From an uncultured Novosphingobium sp. (GTDB lineage Bacteria; Acidobacteriota; Terriglobia; Terriglobales; Acidobacteriaceae): 44,081 nucleotides of DNA. The stretch covers positions 1-44,081 of the forward strand of contig CBAAAE010000002.1 in assembly GCA_964658845.1 (NCBI GenBank), read 5' to 3'. Within the stretch, counting starts at the first letter, position 1, and every line of letters begins with the position of its first letter. The position numbers were made by a program, and so were the translations under genes. Below, in pieces: positions 27,494-36,000 of the stretch. The notes beneath the pieces are model-generated. The model saw nothing but the letters and a program-made list of their open reading frames with translations, ran no database searches and was not told the DNA's origin.

Positions 27494-28117
27494 ATGAGGG
27501 AGACAGCCGCTGAAGCGCTTCTGGTGATTGATATACAGCGGGATTTTCTGACCGGCGGCAGCCTTGCGGTTCCCGGCGGCGAGGCCGTCATTCCCCTCAT
27601 CAATCGGCTCGGGCGCCGCTTTCAGGAGGTCATCCTGACCCAGGACTGGCACCCACAGGGACACATCTCCTTCGGCAGCACGCATGGCAAGCGGCCGTTC
27701 TTAGACACCGTAGAGGCAAGCTACGGCACCCAGTCGTTGTGGCCCGAACACACGGTGCAACAGAGTTCTGGCGCGGCGCTGCACCCGGATCTGCAACTGC
27801 CGCATGCCGGTATGATCCTGCGCAAGGGTTTCCGAAAGGACGTTGATTCCTACTCGGCGTTTCTTGAGAACGACCACGTCACATCGACCGGCCTGGCCGG
27901 CTATCTGCGCGATCGAACCCTTTCACGCCTGTACCTTTGCGGCCTTGCCTGGGATTACTGCGTGGGCTTTTCCGCGCTGGACGGCAGGGCCCTGGGCTTC
28001 GAGGTGGTGGTGGTGGAAGATGCTGTCCGCGGTATCGATCCGGGCGGGATGGCCGCGATGGCCGAACGCTGGTCTGCCGCGGGTGTCCGCCGTATGCACA
28101 GTTCCCTGCTGATGTGA
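27494..28117 (+). CDS. pncA: Nicotinamidase/pyrazinamidase
   Basis: IDIQRDF, TQDWHP..H, WPEH, RKG...DSYSAF, GLAWDYCV (D-K-C triad); RBS GGAGG. Confidence 0.93.
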   Translation: MRETAAEALLVIDIQRDFLTGGSLAVPGGEAVIPLINRLGRRFQEVILTQDWHPQGHISFGSTHGKRPFLDTVEASYGTQSLWPEHTVQQSSGAALHPDLQLPHAGMILRKGFRKDVDSYSAFLENDHVTSTGLAGYLRDRTLSRLYLCGLAWDYCVGFSALDGRALGFEVVVVEDAVRGIDPGGMAAMAERWSAAGVRRMHSSLLM

Positions 28118-28315
28118 GCGCCTACATGGCCGCGAATCGCCACACCAGTTACTTGTTTGGTTCCGTTCCGGTTTTCTTCGGCAATTCGCTAATAATCATC
28201 GGGATTCCCCTTGACGGAAAAGTAACCCCGTATCAAAGTAGGAACATCGCAATCGTTCTTGACCGGACGCCGCGATATGGGTCCTTGCTCTGGCACCCAT
28301 CCGCTACACAAACTT

Positions 28316-28855
28316 ATGGCAACAATGATGGCACCCGTAGAACAGCGGGAAGTCCTGCGCTGCGATCACTGCAGCCTGGTGCAGTTCCGCACATCGACCG
28401 CGATGTGCCGGAAGTGCCACAAGCCGCTCGACGTGGAAGAGCCGGAGCCGCTTGCGGCGCCAACGCTGTCCATCGTTCCGCCCGCCACGTCAGGCAAAGA
28501 CAGCGGCATCCAGGTGGCAACGGCTGTGCGCGACCTTCGCCACGTTCGCAACCTGAGCCAACGCCAGCTTGCCGGCCGCATGGGCGTTCCACGCACTTAC
28601 ATCTCCAAGATTGAAAATGGCAAGGCGATGCCGACGCTGTCGTCGCTGGAGCGACTGGCCCGTGCCTTGCAGGTGGATATCAGCGCTCTTCTGCGCGATG
28701 CGAAAACCCGTCACATGGACGAGGCTGCCGTTCTACTGGCCGACCCCTTCCTGGCGGAGATTGCTGGTTTCTGCTCGCAACTGGACGCGCTGCAGAAGTC
28801 GATCTTTCTGAACCACGTGCGCGAACTGGCCTCGGGCCGGCGCCGCATGGCTTAG
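28316..28855 (+). CDS. XRE-family HTH regulator with N-terminal Zn ribbon
   Basis: CDHC-x11-CRKC; LSQRQLA...RTYISKIENG..MPTLSSLERLA; start ATG 28316. Confidence 0.88.
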   Translation: MATMMAPVEQREVLRCDHCSLVQFRTSTAMCRKCHKPLDVEEPEPLAAPTLSIVPPATSGKDSGIQVATAVRDLRHVRNLSQRQLAGRMGVPRTYISKIENGKAMPTLSSLERLARALQVDISALLRDAKTRHMDEAAVLLADPFLAEIAGFCSQLDALQKSIFLNHVRELASGRRRMA

Positions 28856-28979
28856 GCAGACCGCTCCGCGCCCTCCTCTCCCCACGCGCGCACGCTCAGG
28901 CCAGGTTGCGGCTCATTGCACCGGCCCGAGCGGACGTGCTACGGTCGAGCGGAAGTCCGATATTCGGAGAGGTTGACCT

Positions 28980-29852
28980 TTGCCGCTGACCCAGGCCCTG
29001 CGTGTCCATGAGCTCTCTCCCGCGGAGCTCGCGGTCTACCGCACACTGGACGCAGATCGCATGCCGCAGCACGTTGCGATCATCATGGACGGAAACGGTC
29101 GATGGGCCGGCAAACGTGCCATGAAGCGCTTCCTCGGCCACCAGCAGGGCGCCGAAAGCGTGCACTTCGTCGTTGAGACGGCTAGTCGCATCAATCTTCC
29201 TTTCCTTACCCTCTACGCGTTCTCGCTGGAGAACAACCTGCGCCGGCCTAAGGCGGAAGTCAGCTTCTTGATGAAGCTGCTTCGGAACTATCTCGTCGGC
29301 AACGTGAAGCGCATGAACGACAACAACGTGCGGATGGCGTACATCGGCCGCACCCATGAATTACCTCCTGAAGTGCAGGAAACCATGCGATGGGCACAAG
29401 CGGAGACCGCGAAAAACACGGGCACAACACTTACACTGGCCCTCAATTATGGTTCGCGCGCGGAGATCGTGGATGCAACCCGTGATCTGCTGCGCGAACT
29501 GATGGTCGAGGCGCACCGGCGCGGCTGCTCGGTCGAGGATCTGCTGAGTGTCGACGGCCTGGAGAGCGTGGATGAAGCAGCTCTCTCACGACACATGTAC
29601 ACCGGCCACATGCCCGATCCGGACCTGCTCATCCGGACGAGCGGCGAGATGCGCATTTCGAATTACCTCCTGTGGCAGATTGCTTACAGTGAGCTGTACG
29701 TGACCGACCGCCTTTGGCCCGACTTCCGGGGCCTGCACCTGCTGGAGGGGATAGCCGAGTTCCAGCAGCGTAGCCGCCGGTTTGGCGGTCTCGACACCGA
29801 ATTCACGGATGAGTCTTTGCCCGATCCGCTGATGCCCGAGCTCGTTCGCTGA
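28980..29852 (+). CDS. uppS: Undecaprenyl diphosphate synthase
   Basis: HVAIIMDGNGRWA, LYAFSLEN, ALNYGSR, DLLIRTSGEMRISNYLLWQ; TTG start with GGAGAGG RBS. Confidence 0.96.
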   Translation: MPLTQALRVHELSPAELAVYRTLDADRMPQHVAIIMDGNGRWAGKRAMKRFLGHQQGAESVHFVVETASRINLPFLTLYAFSLENNLRRPKAEVSFLMKLLRNYLVGNVKRMNDNNVRMAYIGRTHELPPEVQETMRWAQAETAKNTGTTLTLALNYGSRAEIVDATRDLLRELMVEAHRRGCSVEDLLSVDGLESVDEAALSRHMYTGHMPDPDLLIRTSGEMRISNYLLWQIAYSELYVTDRLWPDFRGLHLLEGIAEFQQRSRRFGGLDTEFTDESLPDPLMPELVR

Positions 29853-30000
29853 TCCGTTCAGACTGCCGCAGAACCCTCAATCTTTCGTGTTCGCGCTGCA
29901 GTGCGCCGAAGCGCGTCGTCTTCGCAGATGGGCAAAGCTGCGCGCATCACAGGGCTTACGTGCTGACGAAGATCCTCCATCGTCACTCAGGAGTCTCATC

Positions 30001-30414
30001 ATGTCCTCGAATGCTGTTTCATCCCTTGAAACCAGGACGCCCAAGATCATCGATGCTCGCACGCACGGCGTGATCGATTACAGCCACGCCGCGTTCTTCC
30101 TTGGAACAGCGCTGGTCTGCCGCAAGAGCAATCCACGCGCGGCGCTGGCAGCTCTCTTCACGGGCACGTTTGTGCTGGTCCAGTCGTTGCTGACGGACTA
30201 TCCGCTCGGCGTTAAGCCGCTCATCTCCTTCGAGTTGCACGGCAAAATGGACGCTGCGTTCGCGGTCACCTCACTCGTGATGCCGGAACTGTTTGGCTTC
30301 TCGGGCACCCCCGCGGCAGCTATCTTCCGCACGAACACGGCCGTGGAAGGAAGCGTTGTCGCGTTGACGGACTGGGACAGCACAAAGGCTCGCCTCGAGG
30401 AGGTCGGGCTGTAA
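30001..30414 (+). CDS. Small membrane protein (SPW-repeat-like hypothetical)
   Basis: THGVIDY...LLTDY.LG...ISF..H..D...LTDW pattern; RBS AGGAG; start ATG 30001. Confidence 0.7.
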   Translation: MSSNAVSSLETRTPKIIDARTHGVIDYSHAAFFLGTALVCRKSNPRAALAALFTGTFVLVQSLLTDYPLGVKPLISFELHGKMDAAFAVTSLVMPELFGFSGTPAAAIFRTNTAVEGSVVALTDWDSTKARLEEVGL

Positions 30415-30444
30415 GAGCGCGGATTGGTATGCTTCTCTCTGGCT

Positions 30445-31299
30445 ATGAAGAGAGTTCTTACTGCTGTTGTGCTGATCGCGATTGTCTTCGGCCTGGTCTT
30501 CTGGGGCAATCAGCTTGCGCTGATCATCGTTTCTGCACTTGTGGCCCTGCTGGCGGCGTATGAGTACGTCGCCCTCACGCGGGCAGGCGACGAAGTGGTG
30601 CCGGCGTGGTGGTTGCTGCCGGCTGTAGCGGTGTTGTTTCTGGTGACGTACTACCGGCCGCTGGAAGCCGTTCTGCCCGTTCTGAGCGCACTTGGGCTGA
30701 GCCTGCTGACGATTATCGCCTTCCGCGAGGCCGGCAGCGGACACCTTGAACGCGTTCTGCCCATTAGCGCAGCCGGCTTCTTTGGACTGATCTACGTCGC
30801 CTATCCGCTGACGTTGCTGCCGCAGATGATCGCCCGTGAGAACGGTCCGACACTGCTGGTCTTCCTGATGCTGGTGGTCTGGACGGGCGACATTGCGGCG
30901 CTCTACGTGGGTAAGGCAATCGGACGGCGGAAGCTGTCACCCGCGCTGAGCCCGAACAAGACGGTGGAAGGTGCGGTCGCGTCCCTGCTTGGATCGGTCC
31001 TGATCGCGGCTGCGCTTGCCGGTGCATGCGAGCTGGTTGGGCGGCGCGGCAGTACGTTGCTGCATATCACCCAGCCGCTCTGGCAGACGCTGTTGCTGGC
31101 AGCCATCGTCAATCTTGCGGCACAGGTTGGCGATCTGCTGGAGAGCGCGTTGAAGCGCGGCGTCGGCGTGAAGGACTCTGGCGCAATGCTGCCAGGCCAC
31201 GGCGGCATTCTCGATCGGATTGATGCTCTGCTGGTTGCGGCACCCGTGCTCTGGTACCTGCTGCTGCTGAAAGAAGCGGCAGGATTGGGCACGTTCTAG
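30445..31299 (+). CDS. cdsA: Phosphatidate cytidylyltransferase
   Basis: VWTGDIAA, SPNKTVEG, GDLLESALKR...KDSG..LPGHGGILDRID. Confidence 0.96.
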   Translation: MKRVLTAVVLIAIVFGLVFWGNQLALIIVSALVALLAAYEYVALTRAGDEVVPAWWLLPAVAVLFLVTYYRPLEAVLPVLSALGLSLLTIIAFREAGSGHLERVLPISAAGFFGLIYVAYPLTLLPQMIARENGPTLLVFLMLVVWTGDIAALYVGKAIGRRKLSPALSPNKTVEGAVASLLGSVLIAAALAGACELVGRRGSTLLHITQPLWQTLLLAAIVNLAAQVGDLLESALKRGVGVKDSGAMLPGHGGILDRIDALLVAAPVLWYLLLLKEAAGLGTF

Positions 31300-31340
31300 G
31301 TGAGCAGCCTCGAACGGGGTCGCGGTGAGAAAATAGAGCC

Positions 31341-32513
31341 GTGAAGAACATTGCCATTCTTGGATCCACCGGGTCCATCGGCACCAGCACGCTCGACATC
31401 TGCCAGAGCTATCCGGAGCGGTACCGCGTCGTGTCGTTGGCCGCCGGTCGCAACCTTGATGCTGCCTTTGCGCAATGCATGCAGTGGAGACCGCGGGTGG
31501 TCTCCATGGCGAGCGAATTTCTTGCAGACCAGTTGGCAGAGAAGCTGCGAAATGAGGCAGTCCACGAAGTGGAAGTGGTCCATGGAGCGCCAGGCACCGT
31601 GCGAGTCGCCACGCTGCCCGAGGTCGACTTTGTCGTGAGCGCGATTGTCGGCGTTGCAGGCCTGGAAGCCACCTATGCGGCGGTGTGTGCCGGCAAGACC
31701 ATCGGCCTCGCAAATAAGGAGGCGATGGTTGCTGCAGGCGAGCTGATCACCGACGCCGCTCGACGGAACAACGTCGCGCTGCTGCCCATTGACTCGGAAC
31801 ACAACGCCGTTCACCAGTGCATGCGCGGCGGTGCGGCCGACGAGGTGAAGCAGATCTGGCTGACGGCGAGCGGCGGCCCGTTCCGCAGCACACCGCTGGC
31901 GGACTTCGAGCACATCACGCCGGCGCAGGCGCTCAAGCATCCGACGTGGGTCATGGGGCAGCGTATCACCGTGGATTCTGCCACCATGCTGAACAAGGGT
32001 CTGGAGATCATCGAGGCGTGCCGCCTGTTCGATCTGCCGCCCGACAAGGTGCGCGTCACCGTGCACCCCCAGTCGACGATTCACTCCCTGGTCGAATACG
32101 TCGATGGCAGCATCCTTGCCCAGCTTTCCGTGACAGACATGCGGCTCCCGATCCTCTATGCCCTGGCTTATCCGGAGCGGGTTCCGTCTGATCTGACCTT
32201 CGACGTGGCCGCCCTGGCGCAGCTCGACTTTCAGCAGCCAGACTTCGAGCGGTTCCCCTGCCTGCGGCTTTCCTACGAAGCAGCGAAGGCAGGCAGCACG
32301 CATTGCATCGCCCTGAACGCCGCGGACGAGATTGCCGTGGCAGCGTTCCTGGCAGGGGATCTTCCTTTTATGGGAATTCCGAAGACCATCGAGCGCGTCC
32401 TCGAGCTGACGGCTGCAGGTGTTCCCACGACCATCGAGCAGGTTCTGCAGGCGGACGCCCAGGCACGCGAAACCGCGCAGCAGGTTACGGCGGAATTACT
32501 GCTGCGGCGCTAG
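31341..32513 (+). CDS. dxr: 1-deoxy-D-xylulose-5-phosphate reductoisomerase
   Basis: LGSTGSIG, LANKE, PIDSEH, TASGGPF, HPTWVMG, NKGLE. Confidence 0.97.
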   Translation: MKNIAILGSTGSIGTSTLDICQSYPERYRVVSLAAGRNLDAAFAQCMQWRPRVVSMASEFLADQLAEKLRNEAVHEVEVVHGAPGTVRVATLPEVDFVVSAIVGVAGLEATYAAVCAGKTIGLANKEAMVAAGELITDAARRNNVALLPIDSEHNAVHQCMRGGAADEVKQIWLTASGGPFRSTPLADFEHITPAQALKHPTWVMGQRITVDSATMLNKGLEIIEACRLFDLPPDKVRVTVHPQSTIHSLVEYVDGSILAQLSVTDMRLPILYALAYPERVPSDLTFDVAALAQLDFQQPDFERFPCLRLSYEAAKAGSTHCIALNAADEIAVAAFLAGDLPFMGIPKTIERVLELTAAGVPTTIEQVLQADAQARETAQQVTAELLLRR

Positions 32514-32515
32514 CC

Positions 32516-32544
32516 GGTACGCTTCGACCGCGACAAACGTCTAA
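32516..32544 (+). promoter_or_regulatory. Candidate ECF-sigma promoter GGTAC-N17-CGTCTAA upstream of rseP
   Basis: Same -10 heptamer and spacing as the site at 10166-10194; -35 has one mismatch to GGAAC. Confidence 0.45.
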
Positions 32545-32579
32545 AATGGGGTCTGATCTTTAGTGGACGAGTAAAGTAC

Positions 32580-34013
32580 GTGTCCGTTTACCTCCTGAGG
32601 CTTTCTTTGCACATTCCGCACTTCCTGATCGTCACCGCCTACTTCCTCGTCATCCTCGGCATCATGGTGCTGGTGCACGAGTTCGGCCACTTTGCGGTAG
32701 CCAAGCTGTGCGGCGTGCGCGTCGAGGCCTTCTCGATTGGCATGGGCAAACGGCTCTTCGGCTGGGTGCATAACGGCACCGACTACAAAGTCTGCATGCT
32801 GCCGCTGGGCGGCTACGTGAAGATGTCCGGCGAGACCGAGATGGAGATGATCCAGACCTCGCCGACCGAGACGCAGACGGTTGCGCAGGCGGGCGGCGAC
32901 ACCGGTAACTTCAACACCAAGCCCCGCTGGCAACGCATGCTCATCGCGTTTGCGGGACCGGTGGCGAACTTCATCCTTGCCATCGTGATTTTCACTTTTG
33001 TCGCGCACTTTCACCACGACACGGTGGAGTACCTGCAGAATCGTTCGGAACTGGACTACGTTGGTGCGAACAGTGTCGCAAGCAAGATCGGCATTGCAGC
33101 GGGCGACTCGGTGGTGCACTTTGACTCCGTCGAGCACCCCTCGTGGCAGGACATCGAGATCCGCGGCGGCCTGAAGCAGAACCAGGTCGTGCCGTTCTCC
33201 TACGATCACGCCGGCAAGCGTGTGGACACCACCATCCCGATCAACTTCACCGGCGGTCCGGAAGACTTTTCCGCCGACGCCCTTGGCCTAGTGCCGCGTA
33301 TGCAGGCCGGCCCGGTCATCGTGTCAGGCCTGCCGGATGCGACCGCTCCCGCCGCAAAGGCGGGCCTGCAGAGTGGCGATGCCATCCTCACCGTCGATGG
33401 ACACGCCTTTCACGGCACCGAGGCCACCAGCGCTTACCTGAAGGATGGCAACGGCAAGCCGGTCACACTCACTATTCGACGGGGTAGCAGCACGCAGACC
33501 ATGGTCATCACGCCCCGGCTTTCACCCACGCAGAGCGGCACATCCGCATACCGGCTTGGGTTCGCCGCAGTTCCGCCGCCGGTGGTCACCACCCACCAGC
33601 CGCTGGACCGCGCTCTTGCGACGGGGTGGCATGACTTCACGAAAAGCTCGCTGCTGATCTTCGACGTGATCGGCGGCATGTTCAAGCGGCAGGTCTCGGT
33701 ACGCACGCTCAGCGGCCCGGTCGGCATCGCGCAGCAGGTAGGGCTGGCGCAGTCCATGGGTCCATGGGTGGTATTGCAGTTGATGGCTGGCATCAGCCTC
33801 AACCTGGGCATCTTCAACCTGCTGCCCATCCCCGTGCTCGACGGCGGCATGATCCTGTTCCTCGTGATTGAAAGCGTGATCCGCCGCGACGTCAACGCCA
33901 CCGTGAAAGAGCGCATCTACCAGGCTGCCTTCGTCTGCATCATTATCCTCGTGGCGTTCGGGATGTTCAACGACATCACGAAGCTGCCGATCTTCACGCA
34001 CAGGCCGAGCTGA
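32580..34013 (+). CDS. rseP: RIP metalloprotease RseP (M50B, PDZ domains)
   Basis: HEFGH, PLGGYVKM, AGPVANF, SGPVGI, NLLPIPVLDGG. Confidence 0.95.
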   Translation: MSVYLLRLSLHIPHFLIVTAYFLVILGIMVLVHEFGHFAVAKLCGVRVEAFSIGMGKRLFGWVHNGTDYKVCMLPLGGYVKMSGETEMEMIQTSPTETQTVAQAGGDTGNFNTKPRWQRMLIAFAGPVANFILAIVIFTFVAHFHHDTVEYLQNRSELDYVGANSVASKIGIAAGDSVVHFDSVEHPSWQDIEIRGGLKQNQVVPFSYDHAGKRVDTTIPINFTGGPEDFSADALGLVPRMQAGPVIVSGLPDATAPAAKAGLQSGDAILTVDGHAFHGTEATSAYLKDGNGKPVTLTIRRGSSTQTMVITPRLSPTQSGTSAYRLGFAAVPPPVVTTHQPLDRALATGWHDFTKSSLLIFDVIGGMFKRQVSVRTLSGPVGIAQQVGLAQSMGPWVVLQLMAGISLNLGIFNLLPIPVLDGGMILFLVIESVIRRDVNATVKERIYQAAFVCIIILVAFGMFNDITKLPIFTHRPS

Positions 34014-34019
34014 ATCCTG

Positions 34020-34940
34020 ATGCGCATCCTGATCGTAGGAGCCGGCGCGACCGGCGGATATTACGGTGGCAGACTGGCCCAGGCTGGCCGTGACGTGACC
34101 TTCCTGGTCCGCGGCGCGCGCATGGAGCAGATTCGTGAACGCGGGCTGCAGATTGTCAGTCCAAGCGGCGACGCGACCGTCCACCCGAAGCTCATCACGG
34201 CCGCGGAGCTACCGCGGGCTGCGCCGTTCGACGTGGTCATCGTCAGCACGAAGGCGTATTCGCTGACCTCTGCGATGGATGACTTCAAGCCTGCGGTCGG
34301 TCCGGAAACAGTCGTGATCCCCCTCCTGAACGGCATGCGCCACCTGGATACGCTGACCGGGCGATTCGGCCGCCAACGCGTGCTTGGCGGATCCGTCCGC
34401 ATCGTTGCGGATGTCGATCCGGAGGGCCGCATCCACCAGATGACGGAGCTGGATGAGTTTGTCTTTGGCGAACTGGACGGCGGCCGGTCGCCTCGTACGG
34501 AGAGGCTTTTCGAGGAGTTCTCCGTCCACGGCTACAGCCTCAAGCTCTCCGAGGACATCGTTGCTGCGCTGTGGCGGAAGTGGTGGATCCTTGCCACCAT
34601 GGGTGGTGTCTGCGTCGTCTCCGGCGGAACCGTGGGGGAAATGGCGGCCGTGCCGTACGGCGTGGAGATCGGACGCGCCATTCTCAAGGAAGCAATCGCC
34701 ATCTCGGCTGCAAATGGCTACCCCGCAGACCCGGCTTTCGCAGAGCAGCAGGCACAGCGCGTCACAGAAGCCGGCTCGTCGCTGACCTCGTCCATGTACC
34801 GCGACATGACCAAGGGTGCGCCCGTTGAAGCCGACCAGATCCTGGGCGACCTGCTGGCGCGTGCCAAGGGCGTCGCCGCACCGCTGCTCACGGGAGCCTA
34901 CGTTCGGCTGAAGGTCTACGAAGCGGCGCGGAGCAAGTAG
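34020..34940 (+). CDS. panE: 2-dehydropantoate 2-reductase family
   Basis: GAGATGGYYG, TKAY, LLNG, W.KW, SSMYRD...G..E. Confidence 0.88.
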   Translation: MRILIVGAGATGGYYGGRLAQAGRDVTFLVRGARMEQIRERGLQIVSPSGDATVHPKLITAAELPRAAPFDVVIVSTKAYSLTSAMDDFKPAVGPETVVIPLLNGMRHLDTLTGRFGRQRVLGGSVRIVADVDPEGRIHQMTELDEFVFGELDGGRSPRTERLFEEFSVHGYSLKLSEDIVAALWRKWWILATMGGVCVVSGGTVGEMAAVPYGVEIGRAILKEAIAISAANGYPADPAFAEQQAQRVTEAGSSLTSSMYRDMTKGAPVEADQILGDLLARAKGVAAPLLTGAYVRLKVYEAARSK

Positions 34941-34978
34941 GTAAGCCTCTTCCATTACCCTTGCTTCTGGCCTGATTC

Positions 34979-35983
34979 CTAAGTCGCAGCGGCTTGCAGG
35001 GTGTTCTCATGACAGAGCGCCTTTAACTCCGCCGTGACTTCCGCAGCGATGCGCAGTGCTTCGTCGGCGCGATCGACGGGCAGGCTGATGGCGCCGACAC
35101 GAGCGTGGCCGCCGCCTCCATAGCGCTCGCAGATGGCGGCAATGTTCGCCAGGTCGCTTGCTGGAACGGTGGTCCAGGGGCTGGTGCCGACCGAGATTTT
35201 TGTGCGAAAGCTCGACTTCGACAGACCGACGACGTACACGCCTTGCGGCAGCAGGTAGTACGGGATGAACTTGTTGTAGCCCTCGGTGGGCTGGTCCGTG
35301 ATGTCGAAAGTGATGACGCCTCGGTCGCAGGCCACGCGTGAACGCAGCAGGGTGATGTCCCGGTGATGCTTCTCAAGGCGCGGCTGCAGTTGCTGCTGCA
35401 CGAAGCTCTCACCCAGGGTATCCGCGAGCGGCTGCGACGTGAGCAGTGGGATCAGGCGTGGGATGAACGAAGAATCGCTTGCCGACTCGATGACCATCAT
35501 CAGCTTCAGAGCGGGTTCAGCCATGCCCACAGCCATTTCAGCCGATGCAAACTTGGCGCCGTCGATGATGTCGGCCCAGTAGAGCAGGTCTTCCAGGCCG
35601 CTCGTGTCGAAGCCGAAGGTCCTGCGTGCCACGTCGGCCATCAGGCCGGTGCATGAGGTGTAGAGCGGGTCGAAAAACTTTCGCGGATGAGCGGCGCCCT
35701 GCTCGAGCGCGAAGCGGGCACGGTCGGCATCGTTCAAAAAGGCGCTCTGATGATGATCGAACCACCACGTGATCTTTGGTGATGGCGAGTACTTGAAGTC
35801 GACAATGGCATTCTCATCGCCATTGAACTCGGCTTCGTCGAACTGCGATCCGGCGCGATGCATCAGGCCGGTGTAGGTGTACTCGCTGGCGGTGCCGATG
35901 CACTCGCGATGGAAGCGCGTGAACAGCGACGCGGAACACGCGCCATCAAAACAGTTGTTGTGATACAGAACGCGAACGGTCAA
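34979..35983 (-). CDS. DHH/DHHA1-family phosphoesterase
   Basis: YHNNCFDG, IVDF, WFDHH, GGGHARVG; TTG start with GGGAG RBS. Confidence 0.85.
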   Translation of the reverse strand: MTVRVLYHNNCFDGACSASLFTRFHRECIGTASEYTYTGLMHRAGSQFDEAEFNGDENAIVDFKYSPSPKITWWFDHHQSAFLNDADRARFALEQGAAHPRKFFDPLYTSCTGLMADVARRTFGFDTSGLEDLLYWADIIDGAKFASAEMAVGMAEPALKLMMVIESASDSSFIPRLIPLLTSQPLADTLGESFVQQQLQPRLEKHHRDITLLRSRVACDRGVITFDITDQPTEGYNKFIPYYLLPQGVYVVGLSKSSFRTKISVGTSPWTTVPASDLANIAAICERYGGGGHARVGAISLPVDRADEALRIAAEVTAELKALCHENTLQAAAT

Positions 35984-36000
35984 AACTTCTCCCTTGTGGG

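Noticed and set aside
28160-28174. LexA-box-like GTTC-N7-GTTT upstream of the XRE gene (similar GAAA-N7-GAAC before ihfB)
   Set aside because: These are imperfect matches to a short motif and are expected by chance.
28316-28855. MqsA-type antitoxin or prophage repressor
   Set aside because: There is no adjacent toxin, integrase or phage gene, and the flanks are core metabolic genes.
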